From: Torpedo marmorata
Lineage: Eukaryota
Direction: 5' to 3'
DNA length: 64,000 nucleotides
Assembly (NCBI GenBank): GCA_977017645.1
Contig: OZ360236.1
Span: 26,908,001-26,972,000, forward strand
Shown here: one piece after another, positions 35,994-48,631 of the stretch
How the letters are laid out: each line of letters begins with the position of its first letter
Numbering within the stretch: the stretch's first letter is position 1
Program-made: the position numbers and the translations under genes
Notes under the pieces: model-generated
What the model was told of the DNA's origin: nothing
What the model saw: the letters and a program-made list of their open reading frames with translations, nothing else
Databases searched by the model: none

Positions 35994-37435
35994 TTCTGGT
36001 AGGAAAAAACAAGCTTCAAAACTTTGAACCTCCCATCTCTGCTGTTGTAATATACAAACTGCATATTGACATCAAATGTCAGGTGGATGAGAACAGTTTC
36101 TTCACAACAGGGTTTCCAATTGCAGCCTCTTTGTTGACTTTGCTGAAGTGCTTTTAAAATTTTTTTCCCACTGAATATAGACCCTATATCTATCACTGTT
36201 TTGTGAATATTGCAGCCCCGTGGATAATCAAAATACACAAGGGGTTGGAGAAGAAATGACATGATTAAACATTTAGAAAAATACATGACTCTCTCACTCT
36301 GTTCTCACAGCATGTACATTCACTGAGTCCTTGCTTCTCTTGTGGCATGCTGGATATTAAACATTTAGTCAATTTGTGGGTCATAAACTGCCTCTAATAT
36401 TCAATTTTCCGGGTCTGTTAATGTCAGTAGAGTTGACAATTTTTCTTGCAGATAAAATTACAGTCCACTCTTAGTTGAATGTTCAGATCACCGTAAAATC
36501 AATAATTTCAAATTACCACTGCACTAGATTTCCTGACATACATGTATGGGAGTAATTCTAACCTACCCAACCAGCAGGAAATTGTCATTTTACCCTCCCA
36601 GAAATGTTTTGCTGTCGACGTAGCTCATTGGAAAGTAACTACAAACAGGCAGGAGAATGATAGGTGAAAACCTGGGGAATGCAACGAACTGATGGGCTGA
36701 GTAACTGTTCTATAATGAGCCCATAATTCTTGGATGGTAAATTATTGAATACCTTATTACATACAGATGCCATAGATTTTACAGCACGAAAGGAGTTCTG
36801 TTTGCTCAGGCTCGGGGGAAAGAAGAAAAGTGAAACTTGATGTTGGATCAAAGGCAAGGCTGCAACCTCAGCTGGTAATGACAAATAGGAGTGCCCCTTA
36901 AAAGTAACATGTCTCAGCCACGAGAGTTCTGCAATCCTCATTATTCACCAGAAGTTGCCCCTCTTCAGATTGTCAGTAGATTGTGAATTGTGTGTGAGCA
37001 CAGCACTCAGCTCATAGCATAGAGGAGAAGAGAGAGAGAAGGGTATCATTGTGTATCTGATACACAAAAATACTAACTGGTTCTTGCCAGCCTTTCTGAA
37101 CTGAAAAACTTGCCAGCCTTTCTGCTCAGCACATTCTTCCTGCCACCACTCTCATCAAATCCTGTTTACAAATTCCCTTCATCTGCGTAGTTAACTCTCT
37201 CAGTATTTTTTCAAAACACTTCTGATACAACACTTTTGAAATGCAGCTTTTGTTGTTGAGTAGAAGAAACACCACAGAGTTTGGAAACTGTGGAAATGAA
37301 TGATGACAATGGAATTGAAGTGCCAAATACCGTCTGGGTGCCAAGGAACTCACATTATAACCAGAATTAGAATAGCAGTATACAACTCAACCAAAGCTAT
37401 TAGAATGAACCTTGCATTTGATGTTTAATTTTCAG

Positions 37436-37530
37436 ATTGATGATATTCTGACAGTCTTCCAACACAAAACTGGTTACACTTCAGACTCCCTGCAACAAAT
37501 ATTATTCACAGAACCAGAAGCTTTCCAACA
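37436..37530 (+). other. Candidate isolated host exon (95 nt), unverified
   Basis: Acceptor TTTAATTTTCAG, donor CA|GTAAGT and open frame IDDILTVFQHKTGYTSDSLQQILFTEPEAFQ in non-repetitive sequence; the protein is not recognised. Confidence 0.2.
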
Positions 37531-38835
37531 GTAAGTCCCGCAGGCAACAGATTACTGACAAATTCCATGATAGACAGGCACTCCTCAAATGACTTTGAGT
37601 TTAACCAAGTACACACACCAAACCGTGCAGAAGTAACAAATGTTTTTCATGCAATCTTCAATGCTGATGCAAAATTCAATGCATTCGTGATTAGTTCAAA
37701 GAAGACCACTTGGATGACAAGACCATGATTGGAAGTCTAGTTGTAACAGCAACCCAGATTAAAACATGAAATTGATGATGTAATAAGCCTGCTAGTATGT
37801 GGAGGCTCTGCCTGCCAGATGAGACAATAAAGCTTTAATTCTCCATCTGTGATTGGGTTTGAAGCAATTGCGAATGAAGACTATTTCCTCCTCAAACTCT
37901 AATCAACCATCTTGGCATCTGTGGGCCAGGAAACAACCCTTTACTGCCTCTAGAGGGGCAGTAAGCATAACTTTTTAAAGTGTCTTTTGAAAGGCTGCTG
38001 CCAGTTGAGAAGGAATATGATTTTTATCTTGAGGCACAACAAGAGGCCTGAGAAGCTATCAGTTTCAGTGTGGCAGCCATCAAAAGGGACACCAGAAGCT
38101 TTTATGCTGACAGAAAAATGGAAATATTGGTGTACAGTTGAATCTTAGTGTGTTGGTTCAGAAGATGCAATGATTTAACGTGTTGGTATGTTGAGCAACT
38201 CGGAGGATAAATGACATTTGATGGAGAAGTATGCTGCAGACAGGTCTGCTACGTTTGTACAAAGTTTCAGCATGACCACCTAGAAGTATGATGTGTATCT
38301 TTCATCTCCACATCTGAATACATTTGCTTTGGCAATTTGTGACAAAGATTCATAGATTAACCCTTGGAATTAACAAATGAGGGATTGAGTGAGATTGGCT
38401 TTAACTCACTAGAGTTTAGAAGAATAAGAGATAAAACCCTGGAATCATGCAATATTCTGGAAAGGATAGTTAGGGTAAATAGTGAGAGTGTGTTCCTTTT
38501 GAGGATTCATGAATAACAAACTAATTTAGAATAATTCATTAAGAAATTAGATTTGAAAGATACTTTGTAAATCTTGGAATGTCTCCATCCCAGAGGGCTG
38601 TAGATGCTTAGTGTAAAACAGAGATCAGACTGGTATCAAGATGAGGACAATGTGACTCCTGGATTTTTGCAAAGATCCACTGGATTCACCACTGACTATC
38701 AGGGAAGGAGACCTGTTGTCCTCCTGACCCAGTCTGGCCAACACATGATTCGAGATTCATTAATGTGTTTGCCAGATGAGCCAATCACTTCAGGGGGCAG
38801 TTATGGATGACATATTAAATATGGGCTGGAAAATT

Positions 38836-39050
38836 CAAGTCAAGTCAAGTTACCTTTATTTGTCGTTCATTACCATATACACAGTAAGACGAGATAGCGT
38901 TTCTCCAGGACCATGGGCAGACGTACATAAATATCATAATACAATAGAAAAACTATAACATGCTAATACACATATATATCTAGGAATTGAGGAGCCTGAT
39001 GGCTTGGGGGAAAAAAACTGTTGCACAGTCTGGAAGTACGAGCCCAGAAT
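38836..39050 (-). mobile_element. Rex1/Babar-like 3' end, same subfamily as 30691-31555
   Basis: Close match to 30691-30910, including the (CAAGT)n tail on the + strand. Confidence 0.85.
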
Positions 39051-39521
39051 TGACAAGATAAAGAACTAGCTATGATCATATTGATGGCAAAATAGGCTTG
39101 CAAAGCTGTACAACCTCCTCCTCCTTCTATGTCTTTACCCAACAATGGCTGGCAGTTCCCATTCCTTCATTTTCTCTTAATGCTTCAGGCAATTTCTAGG
39201 ACATTGTTGTATGTTATTTAAATATAACAATTTGTATTAAATGTATGCTAAAATTATTTAGGCCTGTTTCAACTGCTTTTGAATGTTTCTTGAAGTGATA
39301 TGAAAAAGTAGTTCAAAGGTGATAGGCAGCTGTGAGCTCTCGAGGCTATTAAAGTACTCTGGGGTATGATAAAATTAGGCAGTAACTGAGGCCTTAGCAT
39401 TGCCCCTGTTCTACTCCACTTCACAGGAGGACTCTAAAGTAGCTCAGTTGGCCCTCTAAATCTGGAGTTAATGGAGACAGGTGGACACCATGGATGATGC
39501 ACATGAGCAGCAGGTTGGACA

Positions 39522-40403
39522 GTAAAAACACACTGAAATGCTGGAGGAACTCAGCCGGTCTTTTCAACGTCTTTAGGAGACAAAGACATATTGCCGACGT
39601 TTCGGGCCTGAGCCCTTTTTCAAGGAATAAGCCACAAGCAGGAAGTCTCAGAAAGTCTCAGAATTCAAACAATGGAGGAGGAATCCAGACCAACAAAAGG
39701 TGTTAATTGGATATGATAAGGGGCAAGGTAAGAATTTATCATGTCTGTGCGAAAGGAGAGAGGCAATGGAGAGACAACAGGGGAAGAAGGGAGGGGGGGT
39801 GGGTTTAACGAAAGCCAGAGAAGTCGATATTAATGCTATCTGATTGGAGGGTTCCCAGTTAGAAGATGAGGCGTTGTTCCTCCAATTTACGGGTGGTCTC
39901 AGTCTGGCAGTGCATGAGACTATGGACAGACATGTCGGCAAGGGAATGGGATGGGGAATTGAAATGGGTGGCCACTGGGAGATCCACGGTATTGCAGCGG
40001 ACAGAGCCGAGGTGCTCAACAAAGCGATCTCCTAGTCTACGCCCAGTCTCTCCAATGTAGAGGAGACCACAACGGGAGCACCGGATGCAGTAGATGACCC
40101 CTGCAGATTCACAAGTGAAATGTTGCTTCACTTGGAAGGATTGTTTAAGGCCCCGAATGGTGGTGAGGGAGGAGGTGTGGGCTCAAGTGGAGCATCTCCT
40201 GTGGTCACAGGGGTAGGTCCCAAGTGGACAATTGGTGGGGAGGGAGGAGTGGACAAGGGAGTCACAGAGGGAGCGGTCCCTGCGGAAGGTGGAAAGGGGA
40301 GGAGAGGGGAATGTGTGTCTAGTGGTGGGATTATGTAGTAGGTGGCAGAAATGGCGAAGGAGGATGTGTTGGATGCGGAGGCTGGTGGGGTGGTAGGTGA
40401 GGA
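39522..40403 (-). mobile_element. Penelope-like element, 3' part (GIY-YIG endonuclease and terminal segment)
   Basis: ORF 39859-40131 KQHFTCESAGVIYCIRCSRCGLLYIGETGRRLGDRFVEH; hammerhead-like motif at 39588-39630; possible 12-bp TSD CAGGTT(G/T)GAC(A/T)G at 39511-39522 and 40404-40415. Confidence 0.9.
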
Positions 40404-40525
40404 CAGGTTTGACTGCCTCATCTGCACCAATAATTCAAGGCAAGGTTTTAAAAATACATCCACTCATGCATGTGCTGGGTAAAGCCTGCAACTACAATAT
40501 AATTCCCACAGGCAGTGAGAATGCT

Positions 40526-41859
40526 TTTTTTTTAATTTAAATTTTTAAATCACAAAATACATAGAATAAAATGCATATATTTGAAAATACATGTGATATA
40601 CATTTTCTCCCCCCCTTCCCACCCTCCCCTCCCTAACCCCTACATCCCCACTACTCTAAAAAAAAAATAAAAAAAAATATATATATTAAAAAAAATATAG
40701 TAAAAGAGAAAAAGAAAAAAGAAAGATAGAAAAATAGAGTGAGGAGAAAACAAGCTACAAACTAATTCTACCATAGAGGTTATTTTCGCCAGTGGATCCG
40801 ATATCCAGAGAATTTAAATTGTTAAACCCATAATTCTCATATATGGGCCCCAGATTTTCAAGAAAAAATTATATTTATTACGCAAATTATAGGTAATTTT
40901 TTCTAATGGTATACATGAACGTAATTCTGCATGCCATCTTTCTAAATTTAAATCTACATCTGACTTCCAAGTAATAGCTATACACTTTTTCGAAACTGCT
41001 AAAACTATACGTAAAAATTCTACCTGATACATATTTAATCCATTTCTAATACTAAATTTTCTAATATCTCCAAATAAAAATAACATAGGATCCATCGTAA
41101 ACACAACATTAAAAATTCTCTCTAAAAAATTCTTAACTTTCAACCAAAAGTCTTGAATTTTTGAACATAACCATGCAGAGTGAACAAAAGAGCCTATTTC
41201 ACTCTTACATCTAAAACACATATCTGATAATGCTGGATTAAATTTCTTTAATTTTTTAGGTGTTAAATATAATTGATGAAAGAAATTATATTGTACTAGT
41301 CTATATCTAACATTCAAGACTTTAGTCATACTTAATTTACATAAGTCTCTCCAATGATTTTCATCTATATTAACATTTAAGTCTAGTTCCCATTTTAATC
41401 TAGATTTATGTAACCCTACTTTAGACATCTTTCTTTGAAATAATTTATACATTTGTGATATAAACTTATTAATATTAACTTTAGTAATTAACAATTCCAA
41501 TTCATTTTGTCTTGGTGCTATTAATTCATTTCCTAATATCTCAGTCAAAAAGGCTTTAACTTGAAAATAAACTAACATTGTATTGTCTAGTATATTAAAT
41601 TTTTCTTTTAACCTTTGAAAAGTAACAAATCTACCAGCTTCAAAACAATCTTTCAAGGTCTTAATTCCCTTTTGAAACCATAATTTAAGTAACTGATTAT
41701 CAATAGAGAATGGTATAAGCAAATTTTGGTATATTGGTGTATTTAAAGAAATTGATCCTTTCCGACCTATTTCTTTATCTACTTGTGACCAAATTTCCAA
41801 CAAATGTTTAATAATTGGTGAATTTTTCTTTTTAGCTAATAATAGTTTAGAGTTCCACT
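40526..41859 (-). mobile_element. 5'-truncated L1-clade LINE
   Basis: Open ORF2 C-terminus 40814-41803, G-rich 3'UTR, A-tail, 12-bp TSD AGTGAGAATGCT at 40514-40525 and 41860-41871. Confidence 0.92.
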
Positions 41860-42669
41860 AGTGAGAATGCTGAACAACCAAAGGATCTGCTCACACTAAC
41901 CATCTGAGACTCTCATATTCATGAAATAATATTTATTTATTTATTTGTACAGATGAATACTTGTCCTGCATATGTTTTGTTTGTCTGTATGTGTGTTCTG
42001 TCTGGTTGTAAATCTGCGTGTTTTGCACCGAGGACTGGAGAACGCTGTTTCGTCGGGTTGTACTTGTGCAATCAGATGACAATAAACTTGACTTGACCTG
42101 ATAAGAGTTGATTGGAAGAATGAATGAGAAATTTTGCATTGATTTTTATAAATCATGACACAAAATAATAACAAATTACTTAAACAATAATAACTAATGT
42201 TCTTTGACAGGAAGTGTTTCTCTATCCCATGTTCTACTCTGGCATTTTGTAAGTATTTAAATGCAATTGCAGCTTCGAAGTGAAATTAGAGATGGGGTTA
42301 TTCAGATCAATTTTCATTTATGATTTCACTGATTCAGGCTGTACACTCCATTCTCACTGGCTACGATTATCCTTCACCCAAACTTACCCAGACTGGATAT
42401 GGAGGACTTCTTGTACTGCCCTGAGTCCAGCAATGAGACCTTAATTCTAAAATGACCTCAAATGATGCAATGGAAAAACCCTCTCCTGAAACTATTCAGA
42501 GAGCTTTAAGAACTGTTGAGGTTTTGAAGTGGTTCCAAGTGAAACTGACATGACAATGAAATAAGGAATGAAATTATATTTGGAAAAAGATTAAAAGAAT
42601 AGATATTAAGTAAAACACTTTAAATAATTGAAACAATAAATCTCCCACAGGTAAGCAAAAATAAATGTA

Positions 42670-43225
42670 GACAGGGTGAAGAAGACATTTGGCATGCTTG
42701 TGTTCATCAATCAGAGCATTGAGTACAATTGTTGGGATGTCATGTTACAACTGTATGAGACGTTGGTAGGATTACACTTGGAGTATTGTGTGTATTTCAG
42801 GTTTCCTAGCTATAGGGAGGATATCATTGAGCTGGAAAGGGAGCAGGAAAGATTCATGATAATGTTACTAGGACTGGAGGGCTTGAGTTATAAAGAGAGA
42901 CCGAATAGACTGGGGGTATTTCTCCAGAACACTGGAGGCTGAGGGGTGACTTATTGAGGTGCATAAAATCATGAGGGGCACAGAGAAGGTGAATGGTCAC
43001 AGTCTTTCTTCCTCGAGTAGGTGAGCATTCTTTGCAGAGGAAGATCTGAGTGTAATTACAATGTTTAAAAGCTATTCAGACATGTACATGGATAGGAAAG
43101 GTTTAGAGGGATATGGCTAAGCACAGATAAGTGGGACTGGCTCCTGTAGGCAACTTGGTCAGCATGGATAAGTTGGGCCGAAGGGCCTGATTTCATGCTG
43201 TATAACTTTACGACGCTATAACTCT
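42670..43225 (+). mobile_element. CR1-clade LINE, 3' fragment
   Basis: ORF 42676-42942 (MLQLYETLVGLHLEYCV...LEGLSYKER) plus CR1 tail gggccgaagggcctgatttcatgctgta. Confidence 0.85.
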
Positions 43226-44488
43226 AAAGGAACTTATCTTTTTACTTTACCCAAAAACCCACAATTTACAGGTTTGCTGATCATGTTCCAGGTCTAATCT
43301 GACACACAAACTGAAAGGCAATTCCCCAGTTGAAATGCTGAGCAATTCAGGAAGATCCAGTTCCTTGACTAGATTCAATGGAGAATCCAGCAACGGAATG
43401 CATTGAAATCTATGGGCCCAATGACAGAAGAACAAGCCCAGGACTTGCATGTTTGGCGTAGTAAGCAATGACATTCTGGATTTGTTGCCATGGAAGAGCA
43501 GGCAACACAAACATTTGGCAGCAAAATACAACCCTTTATTTTCATCTGAAGTTTTGAATGGATACTATTAACAGTTATATTACAAAATCAAGATCAACTT
43601 GAACACCAGAGAAATGAGATTTAGTGGGTGATTGAGATCCCAGAAGCTGCATGATGCAACCTCGAGAGGTGGGAGGGTGGAATGATAGAGCTGCAAAGAT
43701 TAATAATGCACCAATTAGTGATGTACACCTAAAGCTGCAGACAGGAAATGCACATTCAGGTATTCGTAATTTCCGATTTTTCAATTTTTACAATGCCACA
43801 CATTTCCAAGACCTCATGTGGATAATTGGCACAATATGACATCTACTTCCAGGCTGGATTTCTGTGATTAAATTAGAATAGGGTATGGCAGAGCTGAATA
43901 TTACTGTCTTTCTGCACGGTGCTTCTTTTCATCATTTGTTGTCAAGATTCAGACAACACTTCAGTTCATGTTCGTTATTCATCTCTTGTGTCCTTCAGAA
44001 ATTAATGATGGATTTTTCCTTGAAGTGCAACAGCCTCTGTCAATGGTGATGATGCTTCATGGATGCCTATTCTCAGGCGACTACGTTTGTCCTTTATCCA
44101 TCCCATTTATTTCACCAAAATACCAAAGGGAAGATGTACTTGAAGTGAAGATAAACATTTATTTATTTATTTTTTTTACAAGGACTGAGAATATTTGTGA
44201 CAGGTTAACTGATCAAGAAGGTAACTATCTCACAATAAGTTCTCCAAATGGTTTCCTTGTCTGAGGTTTTGGGAAGCTCCATCTCTGACGATTCTACCTG
44301 GCTACTTTTAATGGCAGATATTAATGCCCCCTCTCCAGTCCCCCATCCAAGAAGATAGTGGTTTTGCTTTTCTCCAAATTCCCTCCAATATGTTCAAAAT
44401 CAAAGAGTGTTCATTTGTCTTTCAGGGCCACAGGTAGTGATGAGTACAGACTTGCTTGTCTTCAGACCATGGGATTTGGAGTCAATAT

Positions 44489-45425
44489 TAGAATCAGAAT
44501 CAGAATCAGAATTTATTGTCATGAACAAGTCATGAAATTCGGTGTTTTGCGGTAGCATCATAGTGCAATTAACATTCATATTAACCATTCTAACGACATT
44601 ACTATAAAAAAAATTATAAACAATAGCGCACGAAAAGTAAGGCAGTGTCTTTGGTTCATTGATTGTTCAGGAATCTGATGGCAGCGGGGAAGAAGCTGTC
44701 CTTGTGCCGTTGAGTGCTCGTCTTTAGACTCCTGTACCTTTTCCCCGATGGAAGCAGAGTGAAGAGGGCATGGCCTGGGTGGTGGGGGTCCTTGAGGATA
44801 GAGGCTGCTTTTTTAAGACACCGCCTCATGTAGATGTCCTCGATGGAGTGAAGTTTGGTACCTGTGATGTCACAGGCCGAGTTAACAACCTTCTGGAGTT
44901 TACTCTTGTCCTGGGAGTTGGCGCCACCATACCAGGCAGTGATGCAACCAGCCAGAATGCTCTCCACGGTACACCTGTAGAAGTTTACGAGAGTCTTTGG
45001 TGACATACCGAATCTCCGCAATCGCCTCACAAAGTATAGCCGCTGACGGGCTTTCTTTGTGATTGCATACATGTGGATGCTCCAGGACAGATCCTCGGAG
45101 ATGTTGACACCCAGGAATTTGAAGTTCTTGACCCTCTCCACGACTGAGCCCTCGATGAGGACTGGGTCATGTTCCCCTGACTTCCTCCTGAAGTCCACAA
45201 TCATCTCCTTGGTTTTGCTGACGTTGAGCTCAAGGTTGTTGTCATTACACCATTCAATGAGCTGATCTATCTCCCTCCTGTACGCTTCCTCATTGCCGTT
45301 TGTGATTCTGCTGACAACTGTGGTGTCATCGGCAAACTTGTATATGGCGTTGGAATTGTGCCTGGCCACACAGTCATGAGTGTATAACGAGTAGAGCAGT
45401 GGATTAAGCACGCATCCTTGGGGTG
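44489..45425 (-). mobile_element. Rex1/Babar-like LINE, young 5'-truncated copy
   Basis: Uninterrupted 251-aa RT C-half (PLLYSLYTHDC...YKFADDTT...AIRFLN) and (TCTGAT)n tail. Confidence 0.92.
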
Positions 45426-45549
45426 CGAATCAGGACGAATCTGAATATGTTTGATTTCTGCAGTAAATCTATCCACAGGAGACAATTCCCAGATGTTAAC
45501 GAGTACTACCATGCAGATTTTGGCCAGAGTTTACCATGGAATTTTAATT

Positions 45550-45822
45550 TTTTTATTTAAAAAAAAAATGTAGACATACAGTACAGTAACAGGCCATTTC
45601 GGCCCACGAGTCCGTGCCGCCCAATTTACATCCCATTAACCTACACCCCTGGTACATTTTTTTTTTTGAAGGGTGGGAGGAAATCGGAGCCCCCGGAGAA
45701 AACCCACGCAGACACGGGGAGAACGTACAAACTCCTTACAGACAGCGCGGGATTCAAACCCGGTCTGGTCCCGATCGCTGGCGCTATAAAGGCGTTGCGT
45801 TAACCGCTACGCCAACCGTGCC
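45550..45822 (-). mobile_element. tRNA-derived V-SINE (HE1-like)
   Basis: Full head, V-core and CR1-like tail in reverse orientation; matches 35212-35470. Confidence 0.88.
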
Positions 45823-46109
45823 ACAATTTTGTTGATAGGAATACCTCAAATATATTCCTGAACTTTGGCAAGCATGCCAAATGTCTTCTGAACTTTGAAG
45901 CAATTGTTTACAATAAAATGGCTTGCCAGACAAGTTTCAAGAACATTAAGGACAAGTATTTACTCTGGGGCCAGCATTGTTTAGGGGCAGATGAGATAAT
46001 GGAGTCAGTGTTTTCAAAGATAATGGAAGCAGAAGGAGGTCATCAGCCCCTCAATACAATAAGATCAATTGATTGTATGCCTTGACCATTTTCCCATCTG
46101 ATAAACCTT

Positions 46110-46362
46110 TTATTTTTAAAAAATTTAGACATACAGCACGGTAACAGGCTATTTCGACCCATGAGCCCATGCTGCCCAATTGACCTACAACCCCGGTACA
46201 TTTTTTTGAACGGTGGGAGGAAACCAGAGCACCTGGAGGAAACCCACGCAGACACGGGGAGAACGTATAAACTCCTTGCAGACAGCGCGGGATTCGAGCC
46301 CCGGTCCCGATCGCTGGTGCTGTAACAGCATTGCGCTAACCACTATGCTAACCGTGCCGCCC
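46110..46362 (-). mobile_element. tRNA-derived V-SINE (HE1-like)
   Basis: Reverse complement starts GGGCGGCACGGTTAGCATAGTGGTTAGC (box A); V-core and tail are present. Confidence 0.88.
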
Positions 46363-46600
46363 TAACCTTTAACCCCGATTCTCTGTATATAAAAAATGTA
46401 TCAATCTCAACCTTGAATCTTCTCAATAACAGAAACCTATTGGCCTCCATGATCCAAAAATTTTAAAATTGAAAGAAATTTCTGCTCCACCTTGTCCTGA
46501 AGGCTAGCTCCTTCTAACATTCTGAGATCTTCTATCATTCATTGAAACTCCAGTGGGTGTTGGACAAATTTACATAAGTCACTTGACCAGTTGTCTTCAG

Positions 46601-46880
46601 GGGGTGGCACGGTTAGTGCAGAGGTCAACACAATGCTGTTACAGCGCCAGAGATCGGGACTGGGGTTTGAAACCCGCGCTGTTGTAAGGAGTTTGTACGT
46701 TCTCCCCATGTCTGCATGGGTTTCCTCCGGGGGCTCCAGTTTCTTCCCACCGTTTGAAACGTACCGGGGGGTTGTAGGTCAATTGGGAGTAATTGGGCAG
46801 CATGGGCTCATGGGCCGAAACGGCTTGTTGCCGTGCTGTATGTCTAAATTTAAATTTTAAAAAAATTTAAAATTTAAAAA
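46601..46880 (+). mobile_element. tRNA-derived V-SINE (HE1-like)
   Basis: GGGGTGGCACGGTTAG head, V-core gtttgtacgttctccccatgtctgcatgggtttcctccgg, CR1-like tail. Confidence 0.88.
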
Positions 46881-46959
46881 GGAGGACACAGGAGTTTAAC
46901 TCCCCAAATTATATGATGGTAAAATCAACATATCCTGCATTTTTAAAAACAGACAGCAA

Positions 46960-47082
46960 AAGAAAAACAAGAAAATCTGCAGACGCAGGTAAAAATATGC
47001 TGGAGAAACTCAACAGGTTGTGCAGCATCCATAGGAAGTAAAAGGTAACCAACGTTTTGGGCCCGAGCCCTTTGTCAGGATT
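46960..47082 (-). mobile_element. Isolated Penelope terminal-repeat fragment with degenerate hammerhead motif
   Basis: tgctggagaaactcaacagg...aaccaacgttttgggcccgagccctttgtcagg matches the Penelope ends at 1.9, 20.0, 39.5 and 56.3 kb. Confidence 0.75.
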
Positions 47083-47719
47083 CCAACACTTTTGCGTATT
47101 GCAGCAAAAAAAGAAGTTGTGAAAGTCTCCAAGCCACTAACTGTATATTTACTGATATACAAGATTAAGATCATATTGAGCAGAGCCCCAATGCTCACTT
47201 GCATCGGGCAGGTGACTGAATATTTTGGTTTCACAGGGGCAATCTCATCTGATGTGGGAAGATATCTTGCAGAAAATGGGTTAAAACGCAAAGCAGTGTG
47301 TAAAATATTCAAATAACCATCAGGGTGCAAATAAGAAAATTGAAGTTTTGCAATCACAATTTAAATATTTTGAAATTCTGCCATATGTTTGTCAGCTGGC
47401 AACTGAGAAATTTAGTAAAAGCTGAACAGAAAGGTCAAAAAAGCTCATAGCTTTACAGCAACTGCTGAGTCAAAAACAGTCTGAACATATGCTTGGGTTC
47501 CGTAATTATTACTGAAACTGCAACAGGACACAGGTTCGTGATGATGCAAGCTGCAAGTATACTCACACTGCCAAAGTTGCTGTGAATGGGATTGATTATC
47601 GCTCCAATGGAATCCAAGGAGTACCAGGTCACTCGCTGCAGAACTTTAAACTGCAGTTATCAATTTTAATTGAGCTTTAAGCAAAAGGCCAATATTTCTG
47701 TGACATGAGGAATATTTTC

Positions 47720-48631
47720 CTTTTTTTTATAATATTTTATTTTCATTTTTAACAAACAATGAAACAAAATACTTCAAAAACAGATATCACATTATATAGT
47801 AATACAACAAAACATATATAATAAAGATTTTTAAAAAAATTACCCCAAACCTCCCCCCCAAAAGAAAAAAAAACTAACTAAACAAAACAAACGGTCGACA
47901 ATGTTTATATAATTACTAATCAAGAACCTAAATTGGGATATAATAAGTCCAGGTAAGATAGCAATAAGACTTAGGTATAGTAATTGATGAAGAATTATGG
48001 TCAGAATTGTGTCAGAATAGTATGTTAATTACTATAAATGTACGTTAAAGATTGGTCTCCTATAATTTTCTTCATCAATTATATTTGACTCCACAGAAAT
48101 TACATAAATTTAAAGCAGAATTATCAGAGATGTGTTTTAGATGTGGAACGGAGGTTGGTTCTTTTTTACATTCAACATGGATGTGCTGCTGTAAGCTGAG
48201 ACAATTTTGGCATAATCTCTGTGACATCTTATCTAAAGTTATTGGAGTTACTCTAATTTTAGATCCAGAGATATGCCTTTTGGGAAATTTTAGTACTATT
48301 AAGGACACCTTAACCAGATATCAAATTATATTTTTGGGAATAGCTTTTTGTGTGGCTTGAAAGTATTTAATGACTACTTGGAAGTCAGATTCCCCATTGT
48401 CTATTGATAGATGGACTTCAGAAATAAATAGTTGTATTCCATTGGACAAAATTACGTATAACATTAAAAACAAACAAGTTATTTTTTATAAAATTTGGCA
48501 ACCTTATTTAAATTATTTGGGGTCAGGATAAATTAAATTAAAGAAGATTTGCTCTTAATTTGTTTTGGGTTCCTTCACGCGATAAGCCCTGTTGCCGGGA
48601 AGCCTTGGAGTTTTTCTTTTATATATTTGAA
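47720..48631 (-). mobile_element. L1-clade LINE with 5' inversion; 3'UTR and poly(A) on the - strand (47720 to about 47893), ORF2 C-terminus on the + strand (about 47893-48631)
   Basis: 15-bp TSD ATGAGGAATATTTTC at 47705-47719 and 48632-48646; + strand remnant YNFLHQLYLTPQKL...CFRCG...FLHSTW. Confidence 0.8.

Larger units (their letters stand above)
35040..37061. repeat. Old long inverted repeat; arms 35040-35575 (interrupted by a SINE) and 36788-37061
   Basis: For example ctcctctatgctatgagctaagtgctgttctcac and gacaatctgaagagg...acttctggtgaataat on the left arm are read in reverse complement on the right; similarity resumes after the SINE through aaacagaactcctttc. Confidence 0.85.
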
